A model generated the notes under the pieces. It searched no databases and was not told where the DNA came from. It saw only the letters and a list, made by a program, of their open reading frames with translations. From the NCBI RefSeq assembly GCF_036321535.1, contig NC_087437.1, positions 53,818,001-53,882,000 on the forward strand: DNA of 64,000 nt, written 5' to 3'. The position numbers were made by a program, and so were the translations under genes. Within the stretch, counting starts at the first letter, position 1; every line of letters begins with the position of its first letter. This DNA comes from Camelus dromedarius (Eukaryota). Below are positions 34,561 through 45,569 of this stretch, one piece after another.

Positions 34561-35849
34561 AAAAGTGGGCCCTTAAAATAAATTTTGAAAGTTCAAGGAA
34601 AAAAAAAAATCAATGCTGAGGCTTTCAGACAGACCTGCATGTGGAGGGTCTGAGTTCACTCAGGAAGCGATGTGAGTGTGTGCACATCATTAAAGTTGCA
34701 TTTTTATTAAACAATATGTTAGGCTTGAGCTATTCTGTTCTGTGCAAATTATTCAGAAAACAAATTTTCCTGGACAGAGTTTAAAAAAAAACGAAGAAAG
34801 GAGAAACTTATTATTACGAATTCTGAGGATAAGGACAAACTATGTTGTTTCTAAGAAAAATTGAAGAACATTTGTCTGTCTACTTTAAAGACATATGTGC
34901 AATGTTTGTGTACAAAACAATTTAGTTAATGCAACCCTTCTTCTGCCTCTCTGACCCACCCACACACATTTTCAGAATACCAAGAGTGTCCTGCAGGCAT
35001 GTGAGGTGCTGTGAAGGCTCCAGTTTTTCCAGGTGCTCAGCCCCAAAACTGTGCTGTCTCGTTGACTCCTCTCTCTTGTGCCACAGATCCAAACAGTCAG
35101 GAAATCCTATTTTCTTTACTCTCAAACGTATCTAGAATCCAGCCATTTCTTGCTTCTCCTACTGCTACTGCTGTGACCTGAGCTCTCAGCAGGGTTATTC
35201 CAACAGCCTCCTAATCACTCTCCCTACTTTCCCCTTTGCTCTCTACCCTCTGTTTAAAAAAAATTACAGCCAGGGAGGTCCTGTAACACCAAAGTCACAT
35301 TCAATCAGTTCCCTTGCAAACTTTCCATCAGAAAAAAATTATAAACCATTTGTATTCTCTACTGATTTTTGGAATGTCTGACAGGCTGTGCAGAATCTGC
35401 ATGGCCTTTGTTGGATAGCATTAAGTACCACCAGCTCTTGGGTTTGGATCTAATTCTCCCACAGCCTCTTAAAGACTGAAAAATCCTGGAAATGAGGTAA
35501 CAGCAGAAATAGGCTGCGATTTCTTTGAGGTTATTAATTTTTGTTCCCCGCTAGCTAAATTGGGCCTAAGATCTCCTGAGAAGCACAGAGCGGTGATTTT
35601 AGCAGGGCCCTGCCAGGGTAAGATCCAAGGGACCCATGCAAGGCTGGCACAGGAGAGCAGTTGGAGGAAAACTGACAGAGCCCATGCAAAGTCAACTGGA
35701 AATAAAGGAACCTGGGATAAGCCTCATTAACTGGCGAGTTTCCCCCCTCACCCAACGCCTTTCCTTTGAGGGGCACTCTGCCAGCCAAGTTCCTAGATCT
35801 CCCTGCTGCAAAATCTGATTTGAATAATGGGAGGTAATATTGATGATGG

Positions 35850-37480
35850 CTAATCATTATTACGCACTTCTTTTGTGCCAGACACTATTCTAAACACTTC
35901 ACGTTCATCCATTCATTTATTCACTCATTCAACAAATACTTTATTGGGCACTTAATCCATATATAAATTAACAAAACAGAAAAATAAATCCCTGCCCTCC
36001 AGAGCTTACATTTTGGCACAGGGAGCCAGGAAATGTATGATAACCGGAATGAAAAGGTTATATTGTTTATACAGAATAATGGGGCAGCTGAAGGGAAAGG
36101 GCGTATTTGAGAGCAGGGATCATGATTTTATAGTTGGTCCAGGTAAGCCTCATTGAGGAAGTGACATTCGCATGGAGGTGGAGGTGGTAATGAAGTTATC
36201 CATGTGAGCGGGACCAGTGTTCCAGTGCAAAGACCCTGCAGTGAGAGCAACCTGGATGCTCTAGGACCAGCAAGGATCCCTGTGGCTGGAGTTGAGGGAG
36301 GCGGGTGATGTTAGAGACATAAGGGTGGGCAGAGGCCATGAAGGAACTAGGAGGCACTGTAAGGGCCCAGCTTTCTCTTTAACCAAGTGGGAAGTCACTG
36401 GAGGACTGACCTGTGGTGACATGTTTTACAAGATCTCTCTGACTGCTGAGTTGAGAATAGCATACAGGGTACCAGGGAAGAAGTAGGGAGACCAGTTAGG
36501 TGGCTATTGCAATAAACTTGGTAAGAGATGACAAAAGCTCAGTAGAGGGGATGAGAATAGTTTAGATTCCAGATATATTTTAAATGTAGACTCAGTAGGG
36601 AAAAGAGGAAATAGCTCAAGTAGTAGAACACATGCTTAACATGCAGGAGGTCCGTGGTTCAATCCCCAGTACCTCCTCTAAAAATAACAGATAAACCTAA
36701 CTACCTCTCTCCCCTCTCCCCAAAAAAGAGGGACACAGATTCAGTAGGACTACTTGAATCTGTGGCATGAGAGAAAGTGAGGAGTTAAAAATGAATACCA
36801 GGTTTTGGCCTGAGCACCTGGAAGCATGGAGTTACCCTCAGCTGAGATGGAGAAGAACGCTGTGAACAGGCTTTTGCAAGAAGGTCAGGAGTTCAGTTTG
36901 GGACATGTTACATTTGTGTTATCTATGGGAGTGAGCAGATGGATATGTAAGGCTGGAGTTCAGGGGAGTAGCTTGGCTGGAAGTATAAATTTGGAAGTCT
37001 TTGGCACATAGATGGTAATTAAACCTTGAACTTGGATGAGCTCCTTGAAAGGATGTATGAACAGAGAGGAGGACCAAGGACAGGGCCCTGGGGTCTCCCA
37101 CATCCTGAGTCTGGGAGAAGATGAGGAACCATCCAGGGAGATTGAGCAGGAACACTCAAAAAGGAAGGACAGAGCCCAGACAGGGTCCTCCCAGAAACCA
37201 AGGGAAGGAAGTGTCTCGAGGGGGCAGCACTGATCTTCTGTGTCAGATGTCACTGGTGGCTCAGAGAGGAGCAGGACTGAGAATTGGGCAGCGCAGTGTG
37301 GAAGTCCTTGGTGACCTTGACAAGAACACTATTTGTGCAGGAAAGGGCATGAAAGACTAGTTTCAGTGTTAGAAAAAAAAACAGAAGGAAAGGAATCGGA
37401 GACAGTGAATACATGAGCATAAGAATTTCTGCTGCAAAGAGAGGAGGCAGAAGGCAGGGAAAGCAGGCTCAAGGGAAGTT
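35850..37480 (+). mobile_element. L2 element remnant (interrupted by a SINE)
   Basis: ttcattcaacaaatactttattgggcac; gtagggagaccagttaggtggctattgcaataa; ccaggttttggcctgagcacctggaagcatggagtt; gagttcagtttgggacatgtt; ccttggtgaccttgacaaga. Confidence 0.85.
36600..36736 (+). mobile_element. Camelid tRNA-derived SINE (Vic-1 type), near full length
   Basis: A-box-like atagctcaagtagtagaacacatgcttaacatgcaggagg, B-box ggttcaatcccc, agtacctcc, tail aaataacagataaacctaactacctc. TSD AGA(C/T)TCAGTAGG at 36588-36599 and 36737-36748. Confidence 0.85.
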
Positions 37481-37491
37481 AAAAATTAAGT

Positions 37492-37782
37492 GACACAAAT
37501 GAACTTATTTACAAAACAGAAACAGACTCACAGACATAGAAGACAAACTTACGATTTCTGGGGTGGGGAGCGAGGGTGAAGGGATAAATTGGGAGTTTGG
37601 GATTTGCAGTTACTAACCACTACATATAAAATAAATCAACAAGTCCCCACTGTACAGCACAGGGAACTATGTAATAACCTATAATGAAAAAGAATATATA
37701 CATGTATACATATAACTGAATCACTGTGCTGTAGATCAGAAATTAACACAACATTGTAAACTGACTATACTTAAAAAAAAAC
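37492..37782 (+). mobile_element. Short young L1 3' end
   Basis: gacacaaatgaacttatttacaaaacagaaacagactcacagacatagaagacaaactta…gggataaattgggagtttgggatttgcag…aacattgtaaactgactatacttaaaaaaa. Confidence 0.9.
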
Positions 37783-37937
37783 TGAAAAGTTACATGTTTT
37801 TGTAAGATGGGACAAATAACAGCCTGTGTGGAGCTGATGAGAATGATACAGTAGAGAGGAAAAAACTAATGGTGCTGGACCAGTGTCTCTGGGTAGCCTC
37901 AGCAGGGTAGAATCTAGTCATTTTCAGTGTCCAAAGG

Positions 37938-38397
37938 GTTGGCAGTTTTCTAGGGCCGCCATAACAAAGCATTACAAGCTGAGTGGCTTCAACACCTGAA
38001 ATTAATTGTCTCACAGTCCTGGAGGCTAGAAGCCCAAGGTTAGGGTGTCGGCAGGGTTGGTTCCTTCTGAGATCTGTGGGGGAGAATCTGTCCCTGATCT
38101 CTCCCCTAGCTTTTGGTGGTTTGCTGGAAATCTTTGTCACTTCTTGGCTTGTAGGCACATCACCCTGGTCTTACCTTCTTGTTCACCTGGATTCTTCCTG
38201 TATGTGTCTGTGAACAAATTTCTCCTTTGTAGAAGGACACCAGTGGTATTGAGTTAGAGGCTCACTCAACTTCTGCATGACCTCATCTGAACTAATTATA
38301 TCTGCAATGACCCTATTTCTAAATAAGGTCACATTCCGAGGTGCTGAGGGTTAAGATTTCAATATAAACTTTTGGACGGCACAATTCAACCACAATA
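37938..38397 (-). mobile_element. MLT1C-like MaLR solo LTR
   Basis: agttttctagggccgccataacaaag…tctcacagtcctggaggctagaagcccaagg…tctgcaatgaccctatttctaaataaggtcacattccgagg…acaattcaacc. Confidence 0.88.
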
Positions 38398-41300
38398 GCT
38401 TTTGATAGGAGGTGGACAATTTATCTTTAGTAACAGAAGGAGGGTAGAACACCTGTTTGGAAATGCTGGCAGGTTTGCAGATAGATTTGTGGGAGTCCAT
38501 GGACACGCTCTTCTGATTGCTTGTATTTTCTCAGTGATGGGAAAACGAGGCCATTAGCTGAGAGTGCGGGGAAGGCAGACTGAGGAGGGGGGCGTTGTGA
38601 GGCTGTTTCTTCCAGGGTGGGAGAGTGCGTGTTCTAAGGGAATCCAGTGTGGCAGCTGGCTTAGTCTTGAGGGCACACCTGTCGTCCTCGGTCCTGTGTC
38701 TAAAGCAGGGCAGTGGGAGTGGCACTGAATTTCTCTGAGTCAACTCAGCTGCACAAGCAGCAACTAGAGAGTGTGGGGAGTTATGATTCACTAGGGTGTG
38801 ATTTTTGCAAAGTGACCACAGCACCCAGAAGACAAGGAGCAGCAAGGGAGCTGAGAGTGAGTACAAGGAAGCTGTAATGACAGACTGGAAATAAAACTGG
38901 ATAACAGGGAACAGAGGACTTTACATGGAGATAGAGTATATGATTACTCCGATTTCACAGATGAAGGAAGTGATGGATAGAGGAGTGAAGTACTTTTGGG
39001 AGTTCAGTCAGTGGCAGAATCAGAGCCCAAACCCAGGCAGTGTGGCTCAGAGCCTGGGTTCTTAGAGACAAGACTAGAAAATGGGAGGAAGGAGGCAGGA
39101 AGGACGAGGCATCAGCAGTCACTCTCTCCACTGCCTCCACACAACTGTAAGCGTGGTATTTCTTTCCCTTGTCACACAACAAACCCCGATTCCAAACATT
39201 TCCTCCTCTTTGGAGAAGTATCTATTCTCTTGTTCCGACAGACAGTCTCTTTTATTTAAGACAGATATCTGTCTCCTATTCACCCCGCCCCCACCCTCCC
39301 TTCCTCTCCTCCCTTAAATATATACACTGTCTTACTGTTCACAAAATACTTTTATATTGGTTTTCACACTTTGTGGCCACAGCCACCCCACTCTGGCAGT
39401 TTTTATTATTCTTATTTTCAACATAAGGGAACGACGCTTGGAACAGCAAAGAGATGTATGCAACAAACAGCCAGTTAATAGTAGAACCCGGGCTTCCATT
39501 TTAAATTCAATTCTCTTCCTATTTCCTAAGATACTTTCTTTAAAAACTATTATTTTTCTGATTTATAAATAGGGTCAACTGGAAGGCAGGTGTATTCCTG
39601 ACACTGGAGAAGTTTAGGAACTTAGATTAGCACTCCTCTGAGATTCTGTAGAATAAATTCAAGCAATAACTGTGGTGTTAAAGTACATGATCACTCACAA
39701 TTTCTACATTTGACTCTGGGGTGAGTCAGGGAATAAATGTCCATGTTAATAGAAGAAAGGCTAGTTAAATAGTTTGGTTATGGTGCACTATTGTTAATAC
39801 GTTTAGTATGGTAGGTGAAGCTGTTTTATTTGTTCTTGGGGCATTCTCTGTATATCAACAAAACTGCTTCTGAAATATTTGGTAAAGCTCCTCAGTAAAG
39901 TTTATTCACTCAAACATTCAGTCATTCATTCATCAAACTTTTACTGAGCCCTTGCTATGAGTCTGAAATTGTGTTAGATGTTAGACCCTTGTCTTTAGGA
40001 AATTCATAATCTATCAAAGGATACAGACCTATAAATAAATAAATAAATACCCTATAACTGCTGTTGGGAGAAATGTATTAACTGCTAAGGAGCAGAGAGC
40101 TGGGACTGACCAATTGCTTGGGCAGAGGAAGGAAGACTTCAAGTCGGAGGTGACACTGAAGCTTCTTAGAGAAGTTTTCCAGGCAGTGCAGGGGAATAAT
40201 TGCACACCCCTCCTCACCCCAGCTCTCTCCACTCCTCTCCCTCAGACTGGTCTTAGCATGACCCCCACACCTGTAATGACAAAACACATGCTGCACTAAT
40301 AGTTTAAGACAAGCGAAGAACAAAATGACTTTTTTCAGCTCCGAGAGATCACGGAATTCAAGAGACAGACATTGCTGTGACCAACGTGATCGCAGGCAGA
40401 ACTGAGGGCTCATCTGGGCTTCTTGTACGAGACAGGAACTCTAACCAATCTTGTAGTCAGTCGTGTGTTCCTCTAGCCAACAGAATAAAGCCCAGTCTTC
40501 CTGTTTCAGAGTGAAGGACGGAGGACTGGTATGGTGGACACTTGGCCAGTGGCCTGTTGACTGATTGTAGGCTGACCATTTCTCCTCCCTGGGTCACAGT
40601 TCATGAATTATGTAGCTGATGTTGTTAATTATGATGGGCTTATGGATAATTTTTTTTTCTTTAAATTACCTAACTCTTTCTATACTTTCCATATTTTCTA
40701 CATTAAGGGTTTTAACGAAACTTAAAATGTTAATGTATTTATTAACCTTTAAAAAAGTAAAAATGAAGGGGTTGAAGTAAGTGGCTTCTGAGACCAATTC
40801 CAACTTCAAATCTGATTTTAAAGAAAAAGTGGAGACAGAAACTAAGCAAGAGTGTATGACTTTTGGTGGCAGTAATACAATGTGCCAATGGTGTTTCTTT
40901 ATAGTAACTCTCATTTATTGAGGGTAAAGTCTTATGTAAAAACACTTTATGTATTTAAATATATATCTCGATTTATATATAGTACATATAGACATCTATG
41001 AGTTTGTAGACATAGCATATACCTATATATCTATCTATATCTATATGTCTCTAGATAGATATCTATCTATATACAGATATAGATAATTCTTAGAATAAGG
41101 AGAAGCAATATAGTGAAGTGTTTAAGGTCATTTTGACTTGGAGTTGAGTTCTGGCTGTGTCTATATATTCCTCATCTGTCTCTGAGCCCAGTTTTAATAA
41201 AATTCAAAGAGAGACACACTCTATTTTATATGAGCATCAGCAGTATACTTTCCAGGTCCAGTTGTTTTCAAGACACACCTGCTGTCCGTCCTCACCTCCT

Positions 41301-41865
41301 CCCTTCAGTGAGCCAACAGCAAGCTACATGGGTGAGTGCCTTTAGATCAGGACGGTGTGTCTGAGTGCAGGGGTTGCAAGGAAAGGTGGTGCCTGCGGCA
41401 TCCAGGAGTAACTGCGAGCTCCCCGACACAGAAGTCTGGCCACCGGCACAACTCATTGTCTACAGCATATCCCACCCCTCTATCATGGGGCTAGAGTCAG
41501 ATTTTGGTAAATAAAAAGCATTCTCAGGTGGCCTTAAAGACAATCTCTAATAAAAGTTGAGCATGTTACTAAGAATTGCTAAAGATTTAAGGAAAGCAAA
41601 CATTGTACAAGAAAGGAAAAAGAAACAGAAAAATTAGTATCTTAGGAAAGAGAAAGTATAATCAATAAAAATGAAAAAATGTAATTAATATCTACATTTA
41701 TGGAACAAGATGTTATGAAATAGTATTGATTAGAGATTTCAGAAATGAAAAAAAATGCTTGTTTGAGAGAAAAAGTGAATAAATAAGGTGTAGAGCACAC
41801 TGGACGTAACTGAAGAGAAAATGAGTGTGTTGTTAAGATGGAGCTGAGCAATTCTGCCAGTTTTT

Positions 41866-41985
41866 AATGAAAAAGAATATGAAGAGGAATATATATGTGT
41901 GTGTGTATATATATATATATAACTGAATCACTGCTGTACACCAGAAATTAACACATTGTAAACTGACTATACTTCAATTAAAAAG
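41866..41985 (+). mobile_element. Very short young L1 3' end within older L1 remnants
   Basis: taatgaaaaagaatatgaagaggaatatatatgtgtg…aactgaatcactgctgtacaccagaaattaacacattgtaaactgactatacttcaattaaaaa. Confidence 0.85.
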
Positions 41986-42509
41986 TTTTTTTAAAAAAGC
42001 AAGGTCAAAATAAAAGCATTTAAGTCATATAAAGTCTGTACAACAACTCTCACTCTAAGAATTTCTAAAAGCTACAGTCCAGCAAAATGAAAAAGGAATA
42101 CAAAAGAAAAATCATTGCAGAAACAAAGACAATTTTAATTAAATCTTAATAATTGTTGACTATAAAAAAAAAACAATATTACGCCTGATTCCAAATCCAA
42201 AATGATCCCTATATATAATGTGGTGGAGGAGGAGGTTACCATTTTTGTTGTTACAAACAGGGGGAAATATAAATATGGTTTAGTCTTAGATTACAGAAAA
42301 ATATACTTATTGTATTGTTTGGACTGAAGCAATAAATGTGGCTTGCTTTCAGAGTTTTAAAGGAAAATCAGCAGGATATGTATAAAAGGGAAAAAAGAAT
42401 TCTTCATCAAAATGAGAACAGCATTCTAAGCTAACACCTCCATTACTGAGTAACTCCTTATTTCCTTCTAATACCTATTGGTTGAATGTTTAACTAAGAG
42501 TGAGAATGG

Positions 42510-42685
42510 AGCTGTGACTCTCAAGTTTTGCTGCACATAAGAATCTCCTGGGTAGTGTTTATGACTCTCAACACCCAGGCCCTGCTCTACACTAATTAAG
42601 TCAGAATCTCTTGGGGTGGGAACCAAGCATCAATCATTTTTAAAATTCCTAGTTTATTCCAATATGCAGTTAGTTTTCTAACCAG
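42510..42685. mobile_element. MER5-type element
   Basis: ctctcaagttttgctgcacataagaatctcctggg…aattaagtcagaatctcttggggtgggaaccaagcatc. Confidence 0.75.
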
Positions 42686-43849
42686 GGTAGAGGAGGGTAC
42701 TTCTAAGGAAAACGTCACACTTCAGGTGGGATTAGATGGCAGAGTGACTGGGGGAGGGTCCTTGTCCCCTCAGACATTCTCGGAGCTGTAAGAGTTGGTA
42801 CACAGCAGTTCTGTGGGCCCTGCTAGAGCTGAGGACCTCTGATTCTATAAAACCTGTCTCAGAGAGAAGAGAATGAGCTTACTCCCTTCTAAAATGTACC
42901 CCATGGGACCAGGGTGAGTACAGAGCTCACTGCTCCCCTACCCCTGGTCATCAGAGTTGGCATCCACATTATCACTCTGTTTGCACTGCTGTGGCCAAAC
43001 ATGACCCCCTGCTTGTTGGGAGCTTGCCCACAGCCACAGGTGAAAAAGTCTATCAAAATCTATTGCAGTGGTCAGGGTCCTTGCTGAGCACTGCTGCTGA
43101 TCCCAGTGCCAAGTCTTGACCAGCCTGAAATACCTTCTCTCTCCTCCCATTCTATTCAGGACACACCCGGCATCTCTAGGGACATATGGCTTCTTTCTCT
43201 CAACTCGTGGCAAACACTCACTGTCTTGGCTCCTAAGTTGATGTTAACCTCCTATTTGGCATTTCTTCTTAAAATCCTCCAAATGCTTGTTTGATCCTAA
43301 GTCCAATTCAATGAAGAGGCATTTAAGTCTGCAGTGTCTGAGTGCATTCCCACCATTACCCACCAATGGGTAGCTCAGTCTTCTGAATCTCTTTCCCCCT
43401 GAAATCCAAACGTCTTTGTCTGGCATTCACACTCTTCATGACCTAGTACTTGTCCACCTCATGAAACACCCACACTCTCTGCCTTCCACTTAAATCCATT
43501 CTCCAACCGTGTCTCCAAGGCTCCACACCACCACTGCTGTAAGAATGTGCTACTCACATGAGTTCTCCACTAATGTTATCTGTGAAGTGTTCCTGGATTC
43601 CTCATTCAGAGCTGAGTTCACCTGTGTCTATGCCCCTATATTCAGTCTGTGTGTTATAATTACATTTCTAATGTGTAGTTTTTCTTGCTAGACCAGAAGG
43701 AACTAGAAAACAGAGTACTGGTCTCAGTCTTTGCCCATGGCTAGCACAGTGCCTAGAGATTAATAAATATTGATCAGATGAATGGATGAATCAAGGAATG
43801 AAATGATTTAAGATCCTAACTGACCTGGCAAAAGAAAGATCTTCAGCTT

Positions 43850-44012
43850 GGCTAGAAATCAGAATTAACACTAAAGTTTGTTAAAATGCTGATTCTCAAG
43901 CTTCGTTCCAAAATGATTTTGATTCAGTAGGACCAGGGTGAGACCTGACAATCTGCATTCCCAATAAACCTCCTCAGTTGAGTCTGATTTGTAAGATCTA
44001 GGAAACTGCTGT
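43850..44012. mobile_element. MER5A-type element
   Basis: ttgttaaaatgctgattctc…gattcagtaggaccagggtgagacctgacaatctgcattcccaataaacctcc. Confidence 0.7.
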
Positions 44013-45345
44013 GGCTTTGGGAGTTCTTCCTTGGGAAATGATGTGCTTTTGCCATTCTCCCAGTGCTCACAGTCCAGAACAACATGGCTGGGCATGGGTC
44101 AGTTTGGCTCCTCCCTCTCCCAGAGGGCTGAAGAGGCCAGTTACCCCTCCAGGATGCTGACCCTACATGAGGAGTCTTTATAGCTTAAAACTTTCTGAGG
44201 GCTATGCCCTGAGCAGGGCAGACTTGTGCTCATGAAGATGTGCCTGGCCATGGAGCCCAACCTGACAACAGATTTGCATTTTGGCTAACTTCTAAATCCG
44301 AGAGGATCTGAGGAAAAGAGAGCACCATTTTGCTATTGTGGTCCTGTCATCCTGCTACTTTCTGATGTGACTGACAACCTTGGTATGAGCAGTCTGCTTT
44401 TCAGCCTCCTTCTTCCTCTAAATGAATATTGATGCTGTGTTTACCTCTAATTAATATTCATTGTGATAAAGGAATTACACTCATTCACGTTTAATTATAT
44501 CCTTCTTGCATAAACAGGCTTTTAATAACAGATTTTCCGGGGTAGAAAAAACAAGCTCTCTGCCCCCAGCCTTGTCTGATGCCAGGAAACCCGCCTCTGC
44601 GATTGATAAAGGGGATTTCAATTTGTTACTCGGTGCGGGAGGAGCCGTGGGTGGCAAGTTAGGTCTTCTGAGTTCTAGCTCCCTCCAGCTCTGCCATGGC
44701 TACTGTGTGTTCTTGGGCTAATTCCTTTCCCTCCTGTGTTCACCTTCAGCTCTGAAAAATGGTGAAGGGACCTGATCAATCATTCTCATCCATGTCTGCA
44801 CACAGGGGCCACCCAAGGGAATTACTGAGCAATACCAAAGCCCAGGCCACATTCCAGATGAATTAAAACAAAAGTCTTTATGGTTGGGTGTGGGCACAGG
44901 TATTTTTAAAAAGATCTTCAAGTGGGATTCTTTCAATGATGAGAATTTCAGCTTGGTAACTGGTGATATGGGCATTATTTTCACCAGAGTTTTTGTTGCT
45001 TGTGGCTCCTGACAGCATGGCAGGTTGCACAGGGGTTAGAAGGAAAGACCAGCATGGACCTCAAGAACCAGCTCAGCCCTGCCCTGGTGCTCCCCTGTAC
45101 TGGGTGGGGGCTTTCACCTTGGGACTGGCTCAGTGGTATTCTCTAGGCTCAGAGAAGAGGGAATAATGTGCTCTGTGACAGACACAACCAACGTCTTATC
45201 TGTCAGTCATTAGACACGTCTCCTGCTTTCTGTGCGCCAGGCATAGGGGGTTTAATGTTGGTGAGCAAGGCAGTTTCTGCCCTCACAGATCTTATGATCT
45301 AGTAGGAGAGACAGACTTTAAGCTAGTAATTAACAATTACATGAG

Positions 45346-45569
45346 CACTACTATATACAAAATAGGTAAACAACAAGGTCCTACTGTATAGCACAGGGAG
45401 CTATATTCAATTTCTTGTAATAACCTATAATGAAAAAGCATATGAAAAGGAATACATATATGTGTGTGTGTATATATATATATAACTGAATCACTATGAT
45501 ATGTCAGAAACTAACACAACATTGTAAATTGACTATCATTCAATTTTAAAAAAACTTCAATTAAAAAAA
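45346..45569 (+). mobile_element. Short young L1 3' end
   Basis: cactactatatacaaaataggtaaacaacaaggtcctactgtatagcacagggagctatattcaa…aacacaacattgtaaattgactat. TSD CAATTACATGAG at 45334-45345 and 45631-45642. Confidence 0.9.

Noticed and set aside
36600..36680. tRNA-like sequence with A and B boxes
   Set aside because: It has a SINE tail and TSD and a degenerate acceptor stem. It is a SINE, not a tRNA gene.
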